Of a stretch of DNA of 64,000 nucleotides, positions 49,326-58,194 are shown one piece after another. The DNA comes from Longimicrobiales bacterium (GTDB taxonomy: Bacteria > Gemmatimonadota > Gemmatimonadetes > Longimicrobiales > Gaopeijiaceae): contig OZ220732.1 in assembly GCA_965116905.1 (NCBI GenBank), positions 1,536,001-1,600,000 of the forward strand. Direction: 5' to 3'. The translations under genes and the position numbers were made by a program. The stretch's first letter is position 1; every line of letters begins with the position of its first letter. The notes beneath the pieces were generated by a model. That model was not told the origin of the DNA. It saw only the letters and a program-made list of their open reading frames with translations, and ran no database searches.

Positions 49326-50435
49326 CTACTCCTCCTCTTGATCCTCGGGGTACGGCAGTCTCTTGGCAGGCACTTCGTTGTCCCGACGTGGAAGGTTCCT
49401 GTAGGTCCGCAGATATTCTCCGCGTACCCCGGTCGTCTGCGTCACATCCGCGCCGCGATGTATCAGGCCGCGAACCACCGCACGTCGTGGGTGGTCCTTG
49501 TCGTCAGGATTGGCACTGATGAGCGCATGGAGCAAGCCTTGGCCGCCGGGTAACTGTCGCGGGAGGCGAGGCCCCAGCCACCGGTCGAGCACGTCGGTCG
49601 ACAAGTTCCGCCGGGATCCGTGATGTGGAACATCGAAGCGATCGATGCCTGGCAGCCGGAGCCCGATGACAGGAGCGAAGTTGGCGGCCTCATTGAGTCC
49701 GTCTCGGCCCACGTCCCCTGTGAGCAGAACCTTCTTATCGCACAAACTGGCGTATTGCACAACGCTCATCTCGTTCTCTACGCTCGTCGGCCCGGTTGAG
49801 AAGACCTCGATCCCCCAAGCGGCCCTGGCGTAGTAGACGACCTTCGCTGCTGCCTTCTGAATGGCTCCGAAAAGCCCCATGCCGGCTGCCGGAACAGCTG
49901 GCTCCGGCGTCCTGTCGGAGTCCACGATCAGCTGGAGAAACCGCGTCTTCGACGGCGCGAGCACCGTGAACTCACCGATCATTGCGCCCTGGAAAGGTTC
50001 GTAGATGGGAATCCCGCGGCGCTGCGCGATCTCTTCCAGTTCCGCGACATTGGGATAGGCTTTGCGAAGAGCCTCTTCGAGCCCGCTTACCGTGCTGAAC
50101 CTCGCGAAGTGACTCAAGAGCTCGGCAGCATAGAGCCAAGGGCGCAGCATCCACAGACCGCCCCCGGGAGGCACCTCACATTCTTCCAGAACGGTCCTCA
50201 AGCCGCCGGAGTGATCGGCATCCGGGTGGGTTAGGACCACATGGTTGACGCTGTTGCCTCCGTAGTACTTGCGGAGGTGAGCCATGACGTTCGGCCCGTC
50301 CTCCTGAAAGCCTCCGTCCACGACATGCACTTGGATGGCTCCGTCCCGTTTGTAACGCAGAGTGATCGCATCACCGCTCTTGGATTCGCCAACGCTCAAT
50401 AAGTCGATCTCGAAGTAGGACTCCATTCGTCTCAT
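49326..50435 (-). CDS. Metallo-beta-lactamase-fold hydrolase (ComEC/Rec2 C-terminal type)
   Basis: GDAI, VVDGG, THPDADHSGG (HxDxDH), NEMS, LLTGD, VPHHGS, HP. Confidence 0.88.
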   Translation of the reverse strand: MRRMESYFEIDLLSVGESKSGDAITLRYKRDGAIQVHVVDGGFQEDGPNVMAHLRKYYGGNSVNHVVLTHPDADHSGGLRTVLEECEVPPGGGLWMLRPWLYAAELLSHFARFSTVSGLEEALRKAYPNVAELEEIAQRRGIPIYEPFQGAMIGEFTVLAPSKTRFLQLIVDSDRTPEPAVPAAGMGLFGAIQKAAAKVVYYARAAWGIEVFSTGPTSVENEMSVVQYASLCDKKVLLTGDVGRDGLNEAANFAPVIGLRLPGIDRFDVPHHGSRRNLSTDVLDRWLGPRLPRQLPGGQGLLHALISANPDDKDHPRRAVVRGLIHRGADVTQTTGVRGEYLRTYRNLPRRDNEVPAKRLPYPEDQEEE

Positions 50436-51868
50436 CCTTTCGTCGACCGCGCATTCGGCAGCCTGTTCATGAGGAGCATGTCCCGGAACTCCTCTGGTGT
50501 CATGTCCGCGATGGTCGCTGCATGGTCTGCGTCACCGACCAGTCGCCTTGCCATCCTCGTCTTGCGGGCCAGCGACTCCGCGATCACGAGGTCGATCGTG
50601 TCGGCCGCTAGGAGGCGGACGTACGTGACCGGCGCGTGCTGCCCGATGCGATGATTCCTGTCTTGGCTCTGCGCATACAGGTCGTATCGCCAGGTCAGGG
50701 TTTCGTAGATGGCATACGTAGCCGCCGTTAGCGTGAATCCCGTTCCAGCTGCCGCCGGGTTGCCCACGAACAGACGAACACCGGAGTCCTCCTGGAACGA
50801 TCGAACCAGTGCCTGCCGTTCGGATGCGGGGACCCCTCCGAACAGCGTCACGACTCCAAGCTCGTTGTAGCGCGCCGCAAGCCGGGTGATGGTGTTCACA
50901 TAGTACGACCAGAGAATCACCTTGCACCCCTTCGCCCGAATCAGTTCTTCCAGGATTCGGTCAAGCTCGGCGAGCTTCGCAGGCTCACGCTGTTCATTGG
51001 GAACTACTAGCGCTGGATTGCTGGCGATCTGCGCCAGTCTCAGCAGTTTCGTCAGAGCCGTGGGCGCGTAAGCGCGGAATGCGTCTCTGCTCATCCGTCG
51101 GACGTCGTCGAGGATTCCGTCTCGCACCGCATCATACATCCGGCGCTGCCAATCTGGGAGCGGGACGCTAAGGTCCACGAAGCTCTTGGAGGGCAGGCTC
51201 AGGCATTCCTCTTTCGTACGGCGAAGTACATGGGGCTTGAGAAGCTCGGCCAGCTTCTTCTGCCTGCGGGGGTTGGTCCCAGAGTCTCCGTAGTCCAGCA
51301 TGAAGACTTCGTACGGGCCTAGGGGATTCACATCCGCTACCACGCTCAACTGGGCGTGGATGTCCGACGGGCTATTCGTCACAGGCGTGCCGGTGAGAAG
51401 CCAGCGAAACGCGGCGAGTGGGGCAAATTGCCGGGCGGCGATGCTGGTAAGGGATCGCCGGTTCTTCACGTGGTGTGACTCATCGAGCACTAGAACCGGT
51501 CGTAGGCGACGCATCATGGCTCGGACAGACGCAATGTCGGCCCTCGCCGCCTCGTAGTTCACGATCACAACCGCTTCGTCGGCATTCGCAAATCCGGCGC
51601 GCCGATCATGTCCCGATCCGCCGACGATCCTTATCTGCCACGTCGGTGCAAACCGAGTGATCTCTCCGGCCCAATTGTCCTTCAGGGAGTTCGGACATAA
51701 GACTACCATATGGCCTACAATGCCCCGTTCCCGAAGCTCGCGAAAAGCGTCGATCGCGGTCAGGGTCTTGCCAAGTCCCTGCTCAAAGGCGAGGATGCCG
51801 CCGCGCCGCTGGATCAGGAACCGGACACCATCCTCCTGATGGGCCATCAGCTGGTACCTACGGCCCAT
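50432..51868 (-). CDS. SNF2-family DEAD/DEAH helicase/translocase
   Basis: ATG after GGAGGA; HQEDGV, EQGLGKT, VNYE, LDESH, LTGTP, LRRTK, GTGFTL, QSQDRNHRIGQ. Confidence 0.9.
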   Translation of the reverse strand: MGRRYQLMAHQEDGVRFLIQRRGGILAFEQGLGKTLTAIDAFRELRERGIVGHMVVLCPNSLKDNWAGEITRFAPTWQIRIVGGSGHDRRAGFANADEAVVIVNYEAARADIASVRAMMRRLRPVLVLDESHHVKNRRSLTSIAARQFAPLAAFRWLLTGTPVTNSPSDIHAQLSVVADVNPLGPYEVFMLDYGDSGTNPRRQKKLAELLKPHVLRRTKEECLSLPSKSFVDLSVPLPDWQRRMYDAVRDGILDDVRRMSRDAFRAYAPTALTKLLRLAQIASNPALVVPNEQREPAKLAELDRILEELIRAKGCKVILWSYYVNTITRLAARYNELGVVTLFGGVPASERQALVRSFQEDSGVRLFVGNPAAAGTGFTLTAATYAIYETLTWRYDLYAQSQDRNHRIGQHAPVTYVRLLAADTIDLVIAESLARKTRMARRLVGDADHAATIADMTPEEFRDMLLMNRLPNARSTKG

Positions 51869-53087
51869 CTTTCCTCCAAGTGGCGTGGCGGTCCAAGCGG
51901 AACTCGAGATCGTCCAGCCCTGCTCGAAGCCGTTCGTACTCTTCCGGGGTAATCGCCAAGACCTCTTCGAGAGGAACAGCATAGAGAGCTTTGCTGAACT
52001 GGTTAAGCCGTATTCTGAAAGGGCCGATTTCCCCTGCGACATGACCAGTCAGCCGATCGATGCAGGCCTGGAGACTATCGATATCCTGTTGATCGAAGGT
52101 GGCTGCGCCCTGCTTGATGGCGCGCTCTAGTTGGCCATTCAGCGCCCGCACCCGACTCTTGACACCCGTTTGGCCAGCCCGGATCTCATTGTACAGCTCG
52201 TGGGCGGCGTGCTTCTGGTGGCTCTTGAGGCGGTTCCACTTTTCGGAGTCCTCGTAGTACTTGGCCATGAAGCGAGCATCACGGTACTCTTTGAAAACAT
52301 CGTGCTTGACCATGTCGAAGACCTCGCCGCGGAGCTGTTCGCCCTCTTCTGTCTGGGCCCGGACCCGTGGTCCGAATCCGGTAGACTTGCTGATCTCTTC
52401 CAAAGTGCTGAACTGCCGCAGCGCGAGCTTGTCTCCATCGGGGGCGTCCACCCAATCCACGAATTGCTCGGCAAACCTGTAAGCGTCTCGTAGGCGGGAT
52501 GCCCATGAAGTACTCTTGCCCATGTGACCAGCCATTTCAGTCAGGGTGAGGATGGGTGGATCGCCCTCGACTTGGTCGTGAATGAATTTTGCTTGAACGT
52601 ACCTGCCCCAGTTCCGCACGCCGGTTCCCCTGACATGCTTCTGAGCCAACAGAATCGCCCGCTCCTTGTCGCCGAACTCCTCGGGCAGGACCTTGGCGAT
52701 GACGAACCGAAACCGGTCACGGTCCGCTTGGCCTTCGTGTTTGGTCCAGAGTTCACGAAGGACCGTGACGCGAGTCGCCCCTTCGATCACCAAGTACTTG
52801 GGGTGCCTGCTATTGGCGCGCCATACGTAGATTGGTTCCAATTGGCCGAGATCCCTGATTGAGTTTCTGAGGGTGCTGTAGCCACTGGTATCCTTCAGCA
52901 TGGCCGCCAGCTCATCCTCGTCTCCCGGTTTTCTTCCGGCCAGGTGGGGAAGCAGGCGCGGATTATCGGTCCACAGGCGCACGTCTTCATGCACGTCGAG
53001 GCGAGCTTCAAGGAGGTGGTACTCTTGGGAGCCGATACGCTCCAAGTACTTCCTCGGGTTGGGGGCATCCTTCGGTAACGGTGTCAT
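51858..53087 (-). CDS. ParB/sulfiredoxin-like N-terminal domain protein
   Basis: DNPRL, SIRDLGQLEPIYV, YLVIEGATRVTVL (GxxR box), H..G...W; central HTH (LTEMAGHMGKSTSWASR). Confidence 0.7.
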   Translation of the reverse strand: MTPLPKDAPNPRKYLERIGSQEYHLLEARLDVHEDVRLWTDNPRLLPHLAGRKPGDEDELAAMLKDTSGYSTLRNSIRDLGQLEPIYVWRANSRHPKYLVIEGATRVTVLRELWTKHEGQADRDRFRFVIAKVLPEEFGDKERAILLAQKHVRGTGVRNWGRYVQAKFIHDQVEGDPPILTLTEMAGHMGKSTSWASRLRDAYRFAEQFVDWVDAPDGDKLALRQFSTLEEISKSTGFGPRVRAQTEEGEQLRGEVFDMVKHDVFKEYRDARFMAKYYEDSEKWNRLKSHQKHAAHELYNEIRAGQTGVKSRVRALNGQLERAIKQGAATFDQQDIDSLQACIDRLTGHVAGEIGPFRIRLNQFSKALYAVPLEEVLAITPEEYERLRAGLDDLEFRLDRHATWRKDGP

Positions 53088-53506
53088 TTCTGATCTCCGG
53101 TGAGGAGGTTCGTCACGAAGAGCGGCGGCAGGGTTACCAGGACAGGCACCGCCCGTGGGACCTGGTCGTTGCAGACCGGGCGCAGCAACCGTACCAAACT
53201 GGCTTCCACACCGGCCGCGAGGTGCTCCGGCAGAATTGCTGCGCTGAAGTACGTGCGCTCACTGGCTCTGATGGCTCCAATGCACCCCTTGCAACGCCTT
53301 GAATCCATGTGCTCGCCAAGCCGGCGCTTCAGGCGCGCAGATCGACCAGCGTAGAAGACGGGGTATCCGCCCAGTTTCTCTGCAAAGACCTGGAGGAGGT
53401 AGACGCCTCCGGCTCCATCCGAGATCCGGGCCACCTCTGGGGTGGAAAGGAGCCTTGGCCCGATCCAGTGTGGATCGATCGGTGTTGCGTGAGCAAGTGA
53501 AAACAT
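53084..53506 (-). CDS. Small stand-alone GIY-YIG-like nuclease
   Basis: GVYLL...FYAGRS..LKRRL.EH...E...LRPVCN pattern; stop overlaps the ParB-like start (ATGA). Confidence 0.7.
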   Translation of the reverse strand: MFSLAHATPIDPHWIGPRLLSTPEVARISDGAGGVYLLQVFAEKLGGYPVFYAGRSARLKRRLGEHMDSRRCKGCIGAIRASERTYFSAAILPEHLAAGVEASLVRLLRPVCNDQVPRAVPVLVTLPPLFVTNLLTGDQK

Positions 53507-53581
53507 GATGCAGATAAGGTAATACGATCCAAACAAAACACAAGAGATGCTGAAATCTGTACAATTACCCCCCATTAGAGG

Positions 53582-53611
53582 TTGCAATATGGCCTTTTCT
53601 GTACATATTAT
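53582..53611 (+). promoter_or_regulatory. Leaderless promoter of yefM-yoeB with TGTACA operator core
   Basis: TTGCAA-N18-TATTAT ending 5 nt before ATG 53617; TGTACA at 53600-53605 and again at 53558-53563. Confidence 0.55.
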
Positions 53612-53616
53612 GGACC

Positions 53617-53916
53617 ATGACCATCGTCAGGAGCTACACGGAGGCTCGGCGCTCGCTCGCGGCCTTGTGGGATCGGCTGGAGGAGAGCGGAGAAGTTGCG
53701 ATCCTGCAGCGGCGGGGTCACAAGGACCTGGCAGTCGTCGACGCTGAGGAGCTCGCGGCCCTCCGGGAGACCGCTCACCTCGTGCGATCCCCGAATACTG
53801 CCCTGCGACTGTTGGTCGCGCTGACGCGGGCGCTTGGGGGGAGCAGCGAGCCGATGTCTGTCGACCAACTGTTGTCCGAACTGAAGTCCGGCGATGGAAG
53901 CGAGGAGGACATCTGA
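53617..53916 (+). CDS. yefM: Phd/YefM family antitoxin
   Basis: SYTEARRSLA, ILQRRG, LRETAHLVRSPNTALRL. Confidence 0.88.
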   Translation: MTIVRSYTEARRSLAALWDRLEESGEVAILQRRGHKDLAVVDAEELAALRETAHLVRSPNTALRLLVALTRALGGSSEPMSVDQLLSELKSGDGSEEDI

Positions 53917-53930
53917 TTGGGAAGTTCGAG

Positions 53931-54200
53931 GTGCCGGAAGGCTTGCAGAAGGGGGTATTCCATGAGGAGTTTCGGGAGGATCTAGCGTGGTGGTCATCAC
54001 ACCGTCCGAGAACCGCACGAAGGGTGGTCTCCCTGGCACGTGCGATTCTCGAGGAATCTGGAGCCGCCCGAAAACTGGGCCAGCCCCTTCGGCACACTCT
54101 CGAGGGCTGCTCGACCCGCCGCCTTCTGGGAGAGCACCGGGTCGTGTACCGATGCGCGCCGGACGCCGTCCACTTCCTACAGTGCCGATACCACCCTTGA
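53931..54200 (+). CDS. yoeB: Txe/YoeB family toxin
   Basis: FREDLAWW, PLRHTLEG..RRLLGEHRVVY, C-terminal CRYH. Confidence 0.8.
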   Translation: MPEGLQKGVFHEEFREDLAWWSSHRPRTARRVVSLARAILEESGAARKLGQPLRHTLEGCSTRRLLGEHRVVYRCAPDAVHFLQCRYHP

Positions 54201-54354
54201 GCTCATTCCAGGGCACACGAGGTTGCCAAGCCAACCAACCGTTCCGGGCCCCCTCCCCTCCCGCTGGGTACGGACAACGGTTACCTTATTATGGTATTTG
54301 TTCGGTTTGCCGAACGCTCCCTCCAAACCCTCCTGATAAGGGACGAACCGCTTC

Positions 54355-55599
54355 TTGAAGACTCAGCCCGCAGCTGATCTCGTGCGTTTCCCAGGCGAGG
54401 GGCGACCTCAGCCCCCCGACGGGCCCACGTGCGTTGACCTGTTTTCGGGCGCAGGCGGCTTAGCGGAGGGATTCCGCGCAGCGGGCTTCTCAGTGGTCGC
54501 GGCCAGCGATTCCGATCCCGCAGCAGGCGTGACCTTTCGCCGGAACTTTCCAGAAGCCGACTTCTTTGCAGGACCGATTGCGAAGCTCCGCGGCGCTCAC
54601 CTGATCGCCGCTTCGGTTGTTAGGGCGGGATCTCTTGATTGCCTGATCGGAGGCCCGCCATGTCAGGCCTTCAGCTACAACAACCATCAGCGCTCGGAGA
54701 GCGACATCAGGGCTGGCCTTTTCCGCGACTACCTGCGGATCGTGAAGGGGCTCCGGCCTAAGGCGCTGGTGATGGAGAACGTTCCCGGAATCCTGACCGT
54801 CGGGGGAGGAACTGTCGTCGAGGAGATCTACGAGGCGCTAGAGGCACTGGGCTACGAGTGCGAGGGACGGATCCTGTATGCCCGGGACTTCGGAGTACCT
54901 CAGTTGCGCCGGCGTGTGTTTTTCGTTGCCACGCGCCTGGGATGGGATGAGGAGCTGTTTCCAGAAGGGACCTTCGGACCCTGTCCGAAGCCCAAGCCCC
55001 GGAACGACGACTACGTTCACACATGGGAGCGCCAACCGGATCAGCAGTACGGTCACCTGAACGCTGTCAAGGTCGGGCCAGCCATCAGTGACCTGCCCGC
55101 GATCGCGAATGGAGGAGGGGCCGACCGGCTGCGGTACGCTGCCCCAGCTCGGACGGTACTCCAGAAGTTGCTGCGCAACGGTGAACGCTTCGTCCCCAAC
55201 CACAAGACGAGGACGCTGGGTGGCCTCATGATGGAGCGCCTGCGCTTCATCCCACAGGGAGGGTCGTGGCGAGACATCCCGTTTCAACTGCTGCCGGCCG
55301 GAATGCAGCGAGCCCAGCGGAACTCCCACACGACACGGTATGGGCGTCTGAGCCGACATGGGGTCTGCAGCACCATCCTGACGAAATGCGATCCCCACTG
55401 GGGTCGATACATCCATCCTTCGCAAGACCGAATCATTTCAGTACGCGAGGCAGCACGCCTGCAGTCCTTCCCCGACCGTTTCGAGTTCTGCGGTTCCATA
55501 AGCGATCAGTACCGGCAGGTGGGGAACGCGGTTCCGCCTCTCATGGCAGCGGCGGTGGGCCGAGCGGTGCGACGCCACATCGATTCCCGCCAGGCTTGA
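54355..55599 (+). CDS. dcm: DNA (cytosine-5)-methyltransferase
   Basis: DLFSGAGG (I), GGPPCQ (IV), ENV (VI), PQLRRR (VIII), REAARLQSFPD (IX), QVGNAVPP (X). Confidence 0.93.
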   Translation: MKTQPAADLVRFPGEGRPQPPDGPTCVDLFSGAGGLAEGFRAAGFSVVAASDSDPAAGVTFRRNFPEADFFAGPIAKLRGAHLIAASVVRAGSLDCLIGGPPCQAFSYNNHQRSESDIRAGLFRDYLRIVKGLRPKALVMENVPGILTVGGGTVVEEIYEALEALGYECEGRILYARDFGVPQLRRRVFFVATRLGWDEELFPEGTFGPCPKPKPRNDDYVHTWERQPDQQYGHLNAVKVGPAISDLPAIANGGGADRLRYAAPARTVLQKLLRNGERFVPNHKTRTLGGLMMERLRFIPQGGSWRDIPFQLLPAGMQRAQRNSHTTRYGRLSRHGVCSTILTKCDPHWGRYIHPSQDRIISVREAARLQSFPDRFEFCGSISDQYRQVGNAVPPLMAAAVGRAVRRHIDSRQA

Positions 55600-55661
55600 C
55601 CCCGTGAGGCCCTGGATCGCAACCGCGCATCGTGACGGCCCACGACGCCGGGCAGCCCACC

Positions 55662-56123
55662 ATGACCGACATCTTCGATCCTCAAAAGAGAAGCCAGATC
55701 ATGTCGCGCATCCGGAGTACGGGAACGGCTCCTGAGGCGCTGCTTTATCAGATTGTAAGGCTGAGTCTGGGACACCGTTGGAGAATCCGGCAAAACGCCC
55801 GCGATCTGCCAGGGCAGCCAGACATCGTCGTTCCCACCCTCTCCTTGGCGATCTTCGCAGACGGCTGCTTCTTCCACCAGTGTCCTGATCACGGACGTAT
55901 CCCCGACACCAACAGGTCGTACTGGGAGCCTAAGCTGGCAGGCAATGTCCGGCGCGATGCGGAGAACCGGGAGAAGCTCTGCAAACTCGGCTACACGGTC
56001 TGGCGCTATTGGGAACATGACCTCCGCGGCAAGAATCTGCAGGCAACCCAGGGAGAGATCGATCACAGGCTCAGTCAGCGGGTGAGTGACTGGAGGACTG
56101 ATGGTCGGCCAAGGCCCCGTTAG
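55662..56123 (+). CDS. vsr: Very short patch repair endonuclease
   Basis: DIFDPQKRSQIMSRIRS, PE, LPGQPDI, FADGCFFH, NVRRD, WEH. Confidence 0.9.
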   Translation: MTDIFDPQKRSQIMSRIRSTGTAPEALLYQIVRLSLGHRWRIRQNARDLPGQPDIVVPTLSLAIFADGCFFHQCPDHGRIPDTNRSYWEPKLAGNVRRDAENREKLCKLGYTVWRYWEHDLRGKNLQATQGEIDHRLSQRVSDWRTDGRPRPR

Positions 56124-56469
56124 CCCGTTCCTCGCTCTCCCCAACGACCGCGCCTGATCCAGGCGTGTCCAGCACCCAAGGATTAGCGTTCAACCCGGAC
56201 GGACAGCTTGGCCTGGATCGGGTGGACGGCTTCGCTCGGAATCGGTGGTCGAATTCGTCGGAATAGGCAGCGGTCGTCGTTTCTTATCTCCGTTTTTTGG
56301 GCGTGGGTTCGCTTGGCGCACCGCTCCGAGCAGGTGCATGATCCCTTCTCATTCAACAAACACCCCTTGTCGTCCTTTCGGACGGATGGATGGCCCCACG
56401 AGTGTGGGGAAAACGAAGATTCGGGGGGCCTGGCGCGGCAGCGAGTCCATTCGGACGCGGACCGGGCAC

Positions 56470-57987
56470 CTACAGAAACAACCGCATCCTCTGCTCCAAC
56501 AGCGGCCGACTCAGAATCCCCGTCATATTCAGCACCTCGAGATTGAACCGACCATCGCCTCCACGCCCCCACCATTCCTCCGCCACCCACCCCAGGTTCT
56601 CGGCGGCGATCACGGCGACGTTGGTGCCGGCGCAGTCGGCCGCAAGCTGCCAGACTCGATCCATTGCGGAGTCGTCCGCGTCTGCCACCACGACCAGGAA
56701 GCAGGCGACCGGGTCACGCGAGTCGCGGATGTAGCGCTTGAACTGCCTCAGGTGGGTGGGCGGGAAGGTGTAGGCGCTCTCCGTGCTCTTGTTGTCCCAC
56801 ATCAGCACATCCCCAGCTGCCTTCCGACGCCCGCCGAACCGGATGCAGCCGTCGGGGTGCTCGCTGCCGGGCATCTCCATCAGTTCGAGTCCCAGCCTTG
56901 ATTCGAAGAGGAACCGGGTTGCCGCCTCGAACCCGTGCTCGATGTCGAGGTCCTTTCTGATGATCTGGTTCGCCAGCAGGTTCTCGCGGTCGCGTCGGGC
57001 GAGTTCCGGCAGGTACTGGTAGAATCGCTCACCTGGCGACGCTTCCTCGGACACCTCCTTGGTGATCAGATTGGCGAAGTAGCCTATGATCCGTCCGATG
57101 CGCTCGGTCTTGTTGCCGCTCACCGGGACGCCCGGAAGCGAGGCGCACAGCTTGCGTAGCTCCTCACTGGACAGGATGCCCAGCACGCGGCTGGGAGTCA
57201 GGCCGGAGGAGATCACCCGTCCCTTCAGTTCCGACTTCGTGCCCGATGAGGGGAGTTTCTTCTTGACCAGCGTCTGTTTCAGCTGGCTGACCGTGAGAGC
57301 GTCGAGCAGCAGGCCCCACGCGTGCAGCCCGAGTTCCAGGCCGAGTGCATCCATCACGGAGGCCCGCATCTCGTCCGGAATCAGGTAGGGAGCGCCGTCG
57401 GCCTTGTTGCAATGGAAGACGATGCCACCCCACTGCAGCTTGTTCAGCACGTCGCGGCATTCGCTCGGCGTATGGAGGATGTTGCCTCGCTGTGGGAAGT
57501 GTTCGAGCTGGGCAAGGACGATACGGAAGACAGCCTCCGATAGTCCGAGGCTGTCGCGGAGAGTGCGCAGCAGGTTCAACTCGCGGAATGTGATCAGCTT
57601 GTCGTCCAGCGCCGCCCTGAGCACGTCCCTCAGGATTTCGATGCGGTCAGGATCCTCATAGCGCAGGCTATCATCTGTGGCGGCGGCGTCGAGCACGTCT
57701 TGCTCCAAGCGGGTCAGGCTCTCGACGATATCCTGCTCAGATGCCGACCAGTCGGGACGATTCACGAACGCCTCCAGCATCAGTATCTGCCGGATCTGGT
57801 CCTTGAAGGGACCATCGAACTGCAGAACGGTAGTGATCCGTTTCCTGTCGGTGAGTTCCTCGACATTCCGCAGAATGATGTCCCGGGCCTGTTGCTCGTT
57901 AGGCTTGGGGAAGTCCTTCGTGAAGCTGTCCACAATGCGCTGCAGCGGCAGCTTCGACATCTGCTTGATCGCATCTGCGACCTTCAT
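56470..57987 (-). CDS. Putative nuclease: TerB-like segment, two SAP-like motifs, C-terminal FokI-like PD-(D/E)xK domain
   Basis: AALDDKLITFRELNLL..LRDSLGLS; LTVSQLKQTL..KKLPSSGTKSELKGRV; LSSEELRKLC...PVSGNKTERIGRI; HPDG...WDNKS....Y......RQFKRYI. Confidence 0.65.
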   Translation of the reverse strand: MKVADAIKQMSKLPLQRIVDSFTKDFPKPNEQQARDIILRNVEELTDRKRITTVLQFDGPFKDQIRQILMLEAFVNRPDWSASEQDIVESLTRLEQDVLDAAATDDSLRYEDPDRIEILRDVLRAALDDKLITFRELNLLRTLRDSLGLSEAVFRIVLAQLEHFPQRGNILHTPSECRDVLNKLQWGGIVFHCNKADGAPYLIPDEMRASVMDALGLELGLHAWGLLLDALTVSQLKQTLVKKKLPSSGTKSELKGRVISSGLTPSRVLGILSSEELRKLCASLPGVPVSGNKTERIGRIIGYFANLITKEVSEEASPGERFYQYLPELARRDRENLLANQIIRKDLDIEHGFEAATRFLFESRLGLELMEMPGSEHPDGCIRFGGRRKAAGDVLMWDNKSTESAYTFPPTHLRQFKRYIRDSRDPVACFLVVVADADDSAMDRVWQLAADCAGTNVAVIAAENLGWVAEEWWGRGGDGRFNLEVLNMTGILSRPLLEQRMRLFL

Positions 57988-58194
57988 GGGGCTCTCCGTG
58001 GTTTGGTGTCGGGTTTAATCCAGACCGCGATCGGCGCGGGAGGGGAGCCGATCCGGCGCGTGAGAAACGACCAGCCACGGGGCGACTGGCATGTCGGCGT
58101 CGGCTACCGCGTGGTGGTCGCTGAACTTAGTCCCGAAAGGTGTAGCTACTGCAACAATCGAGCAACTTCGTCGGGGAGGGTGTTCGGGTGGCAA

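Noticed and set aside
51858..53087. Chromosome/plasmid partition ParB
   Set aside because: No parA, parS or replication genes; embedded in a nuclease/helicase operon, and the motif is EGATR rather than the usual GERR box
48659..56123. Assignment to DISARM, BREX, Zorya or a classical type II R-M system
   Set aside because: Required partners (DrmA/DrmB/PLD, PglZ/BrxC, ZorA/ZorB, or an adjacent recognisable REase) are not seen
56183..56469. Short ORFs between vsr and the SAP/FokI-like gene
   Set aside because: No convincing start/RBS or family motif; a CSxRC string alone is insufficient
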